Positions 39,844-50,792 of a stretch of DNA of 64,000 nt are shown one piece after another. Numbering within the stretch: position 1 is the first letter of the stretch; each line of letters begins with the position of its first letter. The notes beneath the pieces were generated by a model. It searched no databases. It saw nothing but the letters and a program-made list of their open reading frames with translations, and had not been told where the DNA came from. Source of the stretch: Mobula hypostoma (Eukaryota); contig NC_086108.1 in assembly GCF_963921235.1 (NCBI RefSeq), positions 20,088,001 through 20,152,000 of the forward strand, read 5' to 3'. The position numbers and the translations under genes were made by a program.

Positions 39844-41172
39844 CAGGTGTCCCCTGCTTTTCAAACGTTCGCTTTACGAAACCTCACTGTTATGAAAGAC
39901 CTACATTAGTACCCTGTTTTTGCTTTCAGAAGGTGTTTTCACTGTTACGAAAAAAATCAGCGCGCGATAAAAGGCAGCGTATGCCCTGAGCAGCCGCTCT
40001 CCCCTGGATTCGGAACGGCATTGCTTTAACACGTGGCATTGAGCAGCCGTTAGCAAGATGAGTTCTAAGGTGTTGGAAAAGCCTGAAAGAGCTCGTAAGG
40101 CTGTTACACTTAGCGTAAAACTAGACATAATTAAGCATTTCGATTATGGTGAACAAAGCAAGGACAAAGTGAGTTTGGCTTGTGGAAGCTGACGAAGATG
40201 ATGTTGAAGAGGTTTTGGCATCCCATGACCAAGAACTGATAGATGAAGAGCTGATGCAATTGGAAGAGGAAAGGATAACAGTTGAAACTGAATGCAGTAG
40301 TGAAAGTGAAGCAACTGCGTGAGATTTTCGCTGCAATGATAAAGTACGACTTTAATTTTGAAGGGGTATGTAAGTTAAGGGGATGTTTGCAGGACGGTTT
40401 GAGTGCTTACAAAGAACTGTATGATAGAAAAATGCATGAGGCTCAGCAGTCAAACAAGCCTTCCACATCAACCACAGCAGATGACGAACCTCGACCTTCG
40501 ACATTGAGGTGGGCAGTCATAGGAGAAGATGAACTGCCTGCCTTGATCGACGATGAGATGACACCCCCGTGTCCCACCACCCCAACCCCCGTGCCCCGGA
40601 CAGATACTGTACCGATTCGCAGAGAATGCAGCGGTAGCCAGGAGGCACACAGCACATCTTTAAGAAAAAAGCCAAAATAAACATGCTAATTAATTAGGTG
40701 CCGCTTAGCACGTAATTGTCGGCCCGGATCAGAGGTGACGCATTTACGTGCCGGGCAGCACCTAATTAATTAGCATGTTTATTTCGGCTTTTTTCTTAAA
40801 GATGTGCCGTGTGCCTCCTGGCTACCGCTGCGTTCTTCGCGGCAATGTATCGGGTCGGCGGCCCGGAGGATGGGGGCCACTGCGCCAGCCCAACCTGCAA
40901 CGACTCAGTCTAACACATCATCATCAGTGTGCTCGGCACTGTCTTCCCGATTCCAGTTAAGTGATACTGCACTGTATACTACACTGTACACTGATTTGTT
41001 AGGTTATTTTTGGGTCTGCGAACGCTCACAAAATTTTCCCATATAAATAAATGGTAATTGCTTCTTCGCTTTACGACATTCTGGCTTACATAGTCATAGT
41101 CATACTTTATTGATCCCAGGGGTTATGAACCGTTTCATAGGAATGCTCTACCTTCGGATGGCAGGGGAAACG
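39844..41172 (+). mobile_element. Internally deleted Tigger/pogo DNA transposon
   Basis: TA|CAGGTGTCCCC left end and degenerate ggggaaacg|TA right end; HTH remnant TLSVKLDIIKHFD; acidic C-terminal remnant EDDVEEVLASHDQELIDEELMQLE. Confidence 0.75.
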
Positions 41173-41532
41173 TATTAAATAGTTATTTAAATCAAGTTAA
41201 TCCATCATGAGCTCAGCATGACAAAAAGAATATCTATGGCTGCTAAAGGTACAAGTTGATGTATTGGTTCAAAATGCAAAATGTTGACCCATGCCTTTTG
41301 CGTTCATAGATGTTGCTCGACTGAGTTCTTCCTCTGTTCGTTTTGTTCCAGTTTGCAGCATCTGCATCTTTTGTCTTATATCTGCATTGACATTCATTTA
41401 CTGGTGCACAAATGAATGAAAATGTTTTGGAAATCAGTCTTTTGAGTAAATGCAACAATGGTAGGGCAAGTGCAACATAATCACATAGAATTGTTTCAGT
41501 TGAATAGATCTTTATTTATGTGTTTATCATAG

Positions 41533-41608
41533 GAAGACAGTGGATTATTACAACATCTACTGAAGGCATTAGATTCTGGTGCACCGCCCCATGGAGGGAT
41601 TGCATTGG
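41533..41608 (+). CDS. DARS2: DARS2 coding exon (exon 16 equivalent)
   Basis: tcatag|GAA GAC...TTG G|gtgagt; 76 nt; [25 protein letters not shown](G), start of motif 3. Confidence 0.97.
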
Positions 41609-41657
41609 GTGAGTTCCGGAATAAATGTTTGTCAGTCTGTGATTAAATTAAAACAGA

Positions 41658-42311
41658 TGAAACCCCCTGGTTTCCTTGGCTGCGTAAGTCTAGGGAAGAC
41701 GACCTCCGGCCCCACCAAGAACTTGTGAGATTGAGGTGCTCTCCTCCACCCAAACTCTAGTTTGTGTGGATGCTGTGTAAGTTGCTACCCTGTTACAAAT
41801 TGGTGCCATGAAATAGCAGACAGTACACTACATACGATTAAAGGAATTATATTTATGAATCTTAACTAAAGGGTTAGTAAAGAATAACAAAAAGAAAAGG
41901 ACCCATTCTAATTAAACAGTCAGATGTGCACAAGTTGGAGCTCTGTCTTGAACTTCTGTCACTCACACACTGGGCCCTCATCAGCGTGAGCGCGCACTCC
42001 ACCTTCTGAACGTCGGTCGCAATCCATCTTGAGCAATCGGGTCTCCCACCAGATCATATGCTAGAACTTGTTCTCCCCAGCATTATGTCTCTTCATCTGC
42101 CCCTAGAACAAAAGCCCAAGACCAACCTTATTGTCACTCACCAAGAGAACCTCCCACGAATTGGATGGCACACATTCCACATCATCCCTTCTCTTCAACA
42201 GTAAACCAAACAAGCTGAAGGGGAGCAGCTGAAAACCAGCAGCTCTCACAAAACTGCCAAAATGAAATACATACAACATGACAGTAAAAATATGAACCAG
42301 GGTATTAAACA
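41658..42311. mobile_element. Probable decayed solo LTR
   Basis: Imperfect terminal inverted motif (accccctggtttc / gaaccagggtattaaaca); composition like the LTR at 60071; no clear TSD. Confidence 0.45.
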
Positions 42312-42407
42312 GGTTTTTTATTGATAGCCTATCATGCAGCTCACAATCACAACTGAGGGTGTAGAGTTTCTGGGATCTGTTTAACATTGAATAAGAATAT
42401 TAAACAT

Positions 42408-44496
42408 AGAAACATAGAAACATAGAAAATAGGTGCAGGAGTAGGCCATTCGGCCCTTCGAGCCTGCACCGCCATTTATTATGATCATGGCTGATCATCC
42501 AACTCAGAACCCTGCACCAGCCTTCCCTCCATACCCCCTGATCCCCGTAGCCACAAGGGCCATATCTAACTCCCTCTTAAATATAACCAATGAATCGGCC
42601 TCAACTGTTTCCTGTGGCAGAGAATTCCACAGATTCACCACTCTCTGTGTGAAGAAGTTTTTCCTAATCTCAGTCCTAAAAGGCTTCCCCTTTATCCTCA
42701 AACTGTGACCCCTCGTTCTGGACTTCCCCAACATCGGGAACAATCTTCCTGCATCTAGCCTGTCCAATCCCTTTAGGATTTTATACGTTTCAATCAGATC
42801 CCCCCTCAATCTTCTAAATTCCAATGAGTACAAGCCTAGTTCATCCAGTCTTTCTTCATATGAAAGTCCTGCCATCCCAGGAATCAATCTAGTGAACCTT
42901 CTTTGTACTCCCTCTATGGCAAGGATGTCTTTCCTCAGATTAGGGGACCAAAACTGCACACAATACTCCAGGTGTGGTCTCACCAAGGCCTTGTACAACT
43001 GCAGTAGTACCTCCCTGCTCCTGTACTCGAATCCTCTCGCTATAAATGCCAGCATACCATTCGCCTTTTTCACCGCCTGCTGTACCTGCATGCCCACTTT
43101 CAATGACTGGTGTATAATGACACCCAGGTCTCGTTGCACCTCCCCCTTTCCTAATTGGCCACCATTCAGATAATAATCTGTTTTCCTGTTTTTGCCACCA
43201 AAGTGGATAACTTCACATTTATCCACATTAAATTGCATCTGCCATGAATTTGCCCACTCACCCAACCTATCCAAGTCACCCTGCATCCTCTTAGCATCCT
43301 CCTCACAGCTAACACTGCCGCCCAGCTTTGTGTCATCCACAAACTTGAAGATGCTGCATTAATTCCCTCATCCAAGTCATTAATATATATTGTAAACAAC
43401 TGGGGTCCCAGCACTGAGCCTTACGGTACCCCACTAGTCACTGCCTGCCATTCTGAAAAGTTCCCGTTTATTCCCACTCTTTGCTTCCTGTCTGCTAACC
43501 AATTCTCTATCCACATCAATACCTTACCCCCAATACCGTGTGCTTTAAGTTTGCACACTAATCTCCTGTGTGGGACCTTGTCAAAAGCCTTTTGAAAATC
43601 CAAATATACCACATCCACTGGTTCTCCCCTATCCACTCTACTAGTTACATCCTCAAAAAATTCTATGAGATTCGTCAGACATGATTTTCCTTTCACAAAT
43701 AAATGCTGACTTTGTCCGATGATTTCACCGCTTTCCAAATGTGCTGTTATCACATCTTTGATAACTGACTCCAGCAGTTTCCCCACCACCGACGTTAGGC
43801 TAACCGGTCTATAGTTCCCCGGTTTCTCTCTCCCTCCTTTTTTAAAAAGTGGGGTTACATTAGCCACTCTCCAATCCTCAGGAACTAGTCCATAATCTAA
43901 CGAGTTTTGAAAAATTATCATTAATGCATCCACTATTTCTTGGGCTACTTCCTTAAGCACTCTGGGATGCAGACCATCTGGCCCTGGGGATTTATCTGCC
44001 TTTAATCCCTTCAATTTACCTAACACCACTTCCCTACTAACATGTACTTCGCTCAGTTCCTCCATCTCACTGGACTCTCTGTCCCCTACTATTTCTGGAA
44101 GATTATTTATGTCCTCCTTAGTGAAGACAGAACCAAAGTAATTATTCAATTGGTCTGCCATGTCCTTGCTCCCCATAATCAATTCATCTGTTTCTGTCTG
44201 TAGGGGACCTACATTTGTCTTTACCAGTCTTTTCATTTTTTACATATCTATAAAAGCTTTTACAGTCAGTTTTCATGTTCCCTGCCAGTTTTCTCTCATA
44301 ATCTTTTTTCCCCTTCCTAATTAAGCCTTTTGTCCTCCTCTGCTGAACTCTGAATTTCTCCCAGTCCTCAGGTGAGCCACTTTTTCTGGCTAATTTGTAT
44401 GCTTCTTCTTTGGAATTGATACTATCCCTAATTTCTCTTGTCAGCCACGGGTGCACTACCTTCCTTGATTTATTCTTTTGCCAAACTGGGATGAAC
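42408..44496 (-). mobile_element. Young CR1 LINE, 5'-truncated
   Basis: ORFs 42504-43340 and 43421-44236 with complete RT motifs; (tttctatg)n tail. Confidence 0.95.
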
Positions 44497-44867
44497 AGTG
44501 ATGAATATTGATGGAAAGCACTTCTATCCCGAGCAAATTTGATAAAAAATTTAAGGACAAGCATGGGCACCTCTTTGTCAAAGATCTGGGATACAACTGG
44601 TCTAAGAAATTTTGCCACAGGTGTGATTTTCCATTTATCTAAAATAGTTATCACTTTTACTGGGGCTGGCTTTTGATTTTTGATTTTTAAGAAGTGGAAT
44701 TCAAATTCTGGAATGTGGGATATGACTCTTGTCTTCTCAAATTTAATCCAGCAATATAATCACTCCGCAAACAACAGGAATTCTGCAGATGCTGGAAATT
44801 CAAGCAACACACATCAAAGTTGCTGGTGAACGCAGCAGGCCAGGCAGCATTTTGTAGGAGGAGGTAC

Positions 44868-44903
44868 AGTCGACGTTTCAGGCCGAGACCCTTCGTCAGG
44901 ACT
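44868..44903 (-). ncRNA. Minimal type I hammerhead ribozyme motif
   Basis: Same intact core as 26566-26601. Confidence 0.78.
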
Positions 44904-45646
44904 AACTGAAGAAAGAGTGAGTAAGAGATTTGAAAGTTAGAAGGGGAGGGGGAGATCCAAAATGATAGGAGAAGACAGGAGGGGGAGGGATGGAGCCAAG
45001 AGCTGGACAGGTGATTGGCAAAAGGGATACGAGAGGATCATGGGACAGGAGGTCCGGGATGAAAGACAAGGGCGGGGGGGACCCAGAGGATGGGCAAGGG
45101 GTATATTCAGAGGGACAGAGGGAGAAAAAGGAGAGTGAGAGAAAGGATGTGTGTATAAAAATAAATAACAGATGGGGTACGAGGGGGAGGTGGGGCATTA
45201 GCGGAAGTTAGAGAAGTCGATCTTCATGCCATCAGGTTGGAGGCTACCCAGACGGAATATAAGGTGTTGTTCCTCCAACCTGAGTGTGGCTAATCTGGGT
45301 CGCCTCCAACCTGATGGCATGAACATCGACTTCTCTAACTTCCGCTAATGCCCCACCTCCCCCTCGTACCCCATCTGTTATTTATTTTTATACACACATT
45401 CTTTCTCTCACTCTCCTTTTTCTCCCTCTGTCCCTCTGAATATACCTCTTGCCCATCCTCTGGGTCAACTCCCCCCCCCCCCGTCTTTCTTCCCGGACCT
45501 CCTGTCCCATGATCCTCTCGTATCCCTTTTGCCAATCACCTGTCCAGCTCTTGGCTCCATCCCTCCCCCTCCTGTCTTCTCCTATCATTTTGGATCTCCC
45601 CCTCCCCCTCTAACTTTCAAATCTCTTACTCACTTTTCCTTCAGTT

Positions 45647-45682
45647 AGTCCTGACGAAGGGTCTCGGCCTGAAACGTCGACT
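45647..45682 (+). ncRNA. Minimal type I hammerhead ribozyme motif, sense to the DARS2 pre-mRNA
   Basis: agtc-CTGACGA-agggtctcggcct-GAAACGTC-gact. Confidence 0.78.
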
Positions 45683-45916
45683 GCACCTCTTCCTAGAGAT
45701 GCTGCCTGGCCTGCTGCGTTCACCAGCAACTTTGATGTGTGTTGATATAATCACTCCACTAGCTACAGTCATTTTCAATCCTGAGGGAATTCTGCTCCGG
45801 GCAGGCTTTATGTATTAAAGCTAAAGGCAACAAAATCCTGTTTTTTAAATGTTAAGTAGCCACGACTTATAACTATTTAGGATGTTTGATTCATTGTCTA
45901 ATCTGTTTCATTCCAG

Positions 45917-46107
45917 GCTTGGACAGACTGATAGCTCTTACAGTTGGAGCTTCGACCATCAGGGATGTGATTGCCTTTCCTAAATCCTTCAGAGGACATG
46001 ATCTAATGAGTAATGCTCCAGACTCTGTGAGTCCTGAAGAACTAAGTCCATATCATATTCAGGTCAATTGGCCAGCAGAAACCCACAAAGACAGAACCAA
46101 CTCATGA
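45917..46107 (+). CDS. DARS2: DARS2 last coding exon, with stop codon
   Basis: ttccag|GC TTG GAC AGA...[48 protein letters not shown]; frame continuous with all preceding exons. Confidence 0.97.
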
Positions 46108-49100
46108 GTTACAGCACTGATCATTTCCCAAGACAAAAGCAACAGCAGCCAAAGGATTTGGACTATATAAGTTTGTATCATTACCAGAACCAATGAGGGT
46201 TGGTATGTCTGAACTTCCCTGCTGTGGCATTGAACATTTTCCAATATCTCATGCACACTTCTATCAAATCATGACAATTTATTCACTAAAACCGCTTTTT
46301 CTTCAAGTAATAAGGTAAATTACATTCAGGATAAAACAAAGTTGTCTTATAATTTATTGGGTTCATCCAAATTAGAGTAGGGGAAGAGGAAGAAGCAACG
46401 TCTTTGCCGTGCAGAGCTCCCTATAGAATCCCTTGTGCCAGGGCAGCTGTTACAAGTAGTATTGTAGATAATATAGTGAAACGGCAGAAGTCACACTCTC
46501 TGTGGTTTAGGTTCAAGCATAGATCAAGGTTGGCCCATGATTTTGCTAAGTATATCAATCCCAAAGCTGTGGGATCACCAGATCACCCAAAATGTGAGGG
46601 TAATGAAAGAGCCTCAACTCCATCACTCCCAGAGTTCTTCCTCAGCCCTGATTTTCTGTGAATTGTTGTGGTGCACTAATAGGTGATAGAAAAGGAGTTG
46701 AGCTTTTGCAGAATTCCGGGCATCTATTTTGTAATGTTGACAGTTAACTGCTAAATTGTCAATGCCATTTGGGAATGGAACAAGGAATCTTAAGTCCAAA
46801 GTACAAGCCTCACCAAATCTCAAACCTTACTGAACCTGGGACCACACTGAAAGAAATCAGTAAACTAGAGGCAGGGGCCCATTCACTTATTGGCATTGGA
46901 AAATACAGTCATATATTTAATGGTCCAAGAGGTTCTACTCTGCTTTCAATTCTGTACTTGTGCTACATTGATATTTTGTGATCTGTAATGTTTTGCAAAT
47001 AATACCATAAAACAGAAATGGTCAGCTGACTATAAAATACTGCAACACAGAATGTTAATTGAAACATTTTCAAAGGGTAGTGGTGAAAGTAAAATAGTTA
47101 ATACCACATTGCCCTAAGCAGCAACAATAAACACACAAAAATCCATATGAAATGTTGAACTCAGCAGGCCAGGCAGCCTCGGCCCAAAACGTTGTCTGTT
47201 TAACTCTTTTCCATAGATGCTGACTGGCTTGCTGAATTCCTTCAGCATTTTGTTTGTGTTTTTTGATTGCCAGATTTTCTCTTGTTTGTGATTACACGGA
47301 AATCCATTGGTTTTGGGATTTTCTGAGGATGCACCCATGAAAACATTGAATCCATTACTGCACAAGAGGTTAAGCAACTTGCCACAGCTACACTGTCTCC
47401 AAGGCAGTGTGGCCTTAGGCTGTTCCTGCGGATTGGGTTCAATTTTCAGTCCATTTCGCAGAAGTGGAAGACGTCTTTGTGTGAATTTTTCGTAAAGTGA
47501 GATGGTTAATGCATAGGTCTTGACAAGGAAAATTGATGATTGAGTGCATTACCTCTGAAGTGAGTTGTACCTTCTTTATTTGTCCTCCAACTCGCAGTAG
47601 TCCCTCAGAGTCAGGAAAGGGACAGAGTTACTAAGGGGACTTAGTTTTGGGAGAGGTTCCTGGTTGTGTAAACCTGTCTTAGAACAACAACATAGATTCT
47701 AACCTTTGCCAATTCAGTTGCTGAGCACTGAGAGGTTGTTTACAAATGTGCCAACCATTGCAAAGGCTGTCTTTGGCTGCTACTCTAATAGAATGAGTAA
47801 TATGTGAGAGCTAGGCATTTGCTCTGGTAACTCAACTTCCAGCTTAAAAAAACACTCGAAGTGTGTTCTGCCAATTTGGAGAAGTGATAAATGGGTTATG
47901 TTGTTCTACACTTGAGGACATTTTTCTACATCTGCCTCAAGGTCAGCTAAGTCAAAATTTGTTCCTGGTGGGGATCAGCTAAAAATGTTGGGCGTTAATG
48001 TTAACTATAAGGAGAGGATGAGCTGATAAGTTTTGAGCCACTTTGTGGCATGATCAGCCAGGTTGAGATCAGTAGGAACACAGTTCCATTGGCTTCTCTG
48101 AGTTGATCGTCTGATACGTTGGATCCTATTATGTACATAAACATAGAATCAGTGGTTCCATTTAATATCAGAGAATGTAGGCAATATACAACCTGAAATT
48201 CTCACTCTCCGCAGACACCCTCGAAACAGATGAAAAAGGCCTCAAAGAATGAATGACAGAGTAAAAGGAAGAGCCCCCGCCACCTTCTATGCACAAACAC
48301 ATCAACCCTCCCCCCACTTACTCTAGCATAAAGCATCAGCATTCCTACCACCCATCATGCCAGCATCAGCAAAGCCCCTAAAGAGAGATCATGGTCTACA
48401 GTACATCAAAAACTAACTGTCCATTCCAACATCCCGCAGGTTCTCTCCCTAACAAGGAAGAGACAGGTATTGCTGTTTCCACAGCAAGAGGGGAGACCAA
48501 CAGCTTGTCTCTTTGTTTCATCAAATGTAAAATAGAGCACAACCTTGCTGTCAGTAAAGAACTTGATGCCATCTAGTTCTGTGTCCAGCTCTTTGATTAT
48601 CATCTCTGCCATCTCAGAATCAGGTTTAATGTCACCACCATATATCATGAAATTTGTTAACTTTGCTGCAGCAGTGTAATGCAATACATGATAATATAGA
48701 AAAATAAACTGAATTACAGTAAATATATAATAGTTAAATAAGTAGTGCAAAACAAGCAGTGAAATTAATAAAAAAAACTAGAACAGCAGCACCAAGTTCA
48801 AGTTTTGGTTTGGTGAGATCTAGTTTGGGAGCAAACTTTGACTTTCCAGGATAAATCTAACTAATCCATCTTCACTGTATCTATCATCATCTGTGACCTT
48901 CGGGTACGCAACAGCAGCAATAGTTTTAATTAACGCATTACAGAATGCAGACATCTTTGTTTTGGGCATCAGATGGTGGAATTGCATGTAGGTTCTTGGA
49001 ATTTTCAAGCCTTTATGATCCAGAAGGGAAGAACACCACTGCTCATGTTTCTCAGTAGGGAGTGGGACATCCCATCCTCAAGCATCTGAGGTCAACTTTA

Positions 49101-49639
49101 TTAACATGAAACTTCCCTGCTTGAGCAGTAAATCAGAGGATGAAATAGACTGTGGATAGTTGATAGCAGACTATGATGCATAAAGGGTCTTCCTGTATCA
49201 AGGACCTGGAAAATAAAGGTTCAAGGCCCAGACTGCACTGTATAGGAGGGAGGTCCTGTCCAAGATAAAAAAAATTTAAGATATGAGGCGTAGCATGACC
49301 CCAGCACAGTTGGATGCAATCTTATGCAGTCTAAGATTAGACTGTGCCAATATGTCTTACACTGCTTTCAGCAAGCTGACAACTACTGCTGCACTAGAAA
49401 ATGATGTAAGACCATTACCAATATAGAAATACCTTTCTACATCGCTCTTGTGCTTCAATCCTGAATTCCTTCTCTCCCTTGTTAACTGTCCTCTTAATCC
49501 CATAGATTGCCCATTCTGGTGAGGGACAGTTACCAAATACATGAACTCTCATGTGGTATCCAGAGTCTTAATGTCCAGTTGGTGGTCACAAAACTGCAGA
49601 AATCTGAGGTAGTCTCAATGATCAACTCTCATTAGGAAG

Positions 49640-50756
49640 CCATAAGACGTAGGAGCAGGATCAGACCTTTCAGCCATCAAGTCTGCTTCACCATTTCATC
49701 ATCATTTCCTTCGCAACCCCATTCTTCTGCCTTCTCTCCATAACCTTTCATGCCCTGACTAAACAAAAACCTCTCAACCTCTGTCTTAAGTACACCCAGT
49801 GACCTGCCTTCCACTGCCAGCAGACTGGCAACAAATTTCACAGATTCACTACCCTCTGGTTAAAGAAATTACCCCATATTCCCATTCTAAATAGATGCCC
49901 TTCCATTCTGAGGCTATGCCCTGTGGTCCTAGCTTCTCTTCCCCCCCCCCCCCACCTCCTACATAGGAAACATCATTTCCACATCCACTGGGTTTCAATG
50001 AAATCCCCCCTTCATTCTTCACATCATACTCCCTGGAGTTCTTCACAATTCCAGGGAGTAAAGGCCCAGAGCCATCAAACATTCGTCAAAGCTGATTGTG
50101 CACTTCAGGAAGGGAAGATGAAGGAACACATATCAATCCTCATAAGAGGGATCAGAAGTAGAGAGAGTGAACAGTTTCAAGTTCTTGGGTGTCAAGATCT
50201 CTGAGGACCTAACCTGGTCCCAACATATCAATGCAGCTATAAAGAAGGCAAGGCAGCGTCTATACTTCATTAGGAGTTTGAGGAGATGGGTGGGGTGGGG
50301 GTGCTACTGCATAGGATGGAAAGAAGCTGCAGAGGGTCGTAAATGTAGTCAGCTCCATCTTGGGTACTAGCCTGTAAAGTACCCAGGACATCTTCAAGGA
50401 GCGGTGTTTCAGCAAAGGCAGCGCCCATTATTAAGGACCTCCAGTGCCCAGGTGTTGTAAGTGAGGAAACAGATTCGGTAGGTCTCAAAGGCACGGACTC
50501 TGGACACAGTCTTGGTAGTAAAGGATTTTATTTACAGAAGGCAAACGTGGGAAAATGACAACAGAAGCAACACGCACAAAATTTACAGCCGTCGTGGGAA
50601 AAGTCGGATCAGCAATAAAACACATGCGGACGATTAATAACGAACGTGGAAAATCACGTGGGAACAAAGAACACACACACATACATACAACCAAGGGAAA
50701 AGTCAATAAGATATCTGTCAAGGGGTGGCCGGTATCATATTTACTTTTCCTTTGGT

Positions 50757-50792
<36 letters not shown>

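Larger units (their letters stand above)
44767..45744. mobile_element. Palindromic Penelope-derived insertion with ~450-bp arms
   Basis: Arms ~44805-45252 and ~45294-45744; perfect 13-bp TSD atataatcactcc (44754-44766, 45745-45757). Confidence 0.93.

Noticed and set aside
46108..47135. DARS2 polyadenylation site
   Set aside because: The first clear AATAAA I noticed (~47126) abuts a repeat remnant, so the 3' UTR end cannot be assigned without transcripts.
46108..48400. GAS5-type box C/D snoRNA host expected downstream of DARS2 by human synteny
   Set aside because: I found no convincing C/D box pair or recognisable guide by eye; an Infernal scan would be needed.
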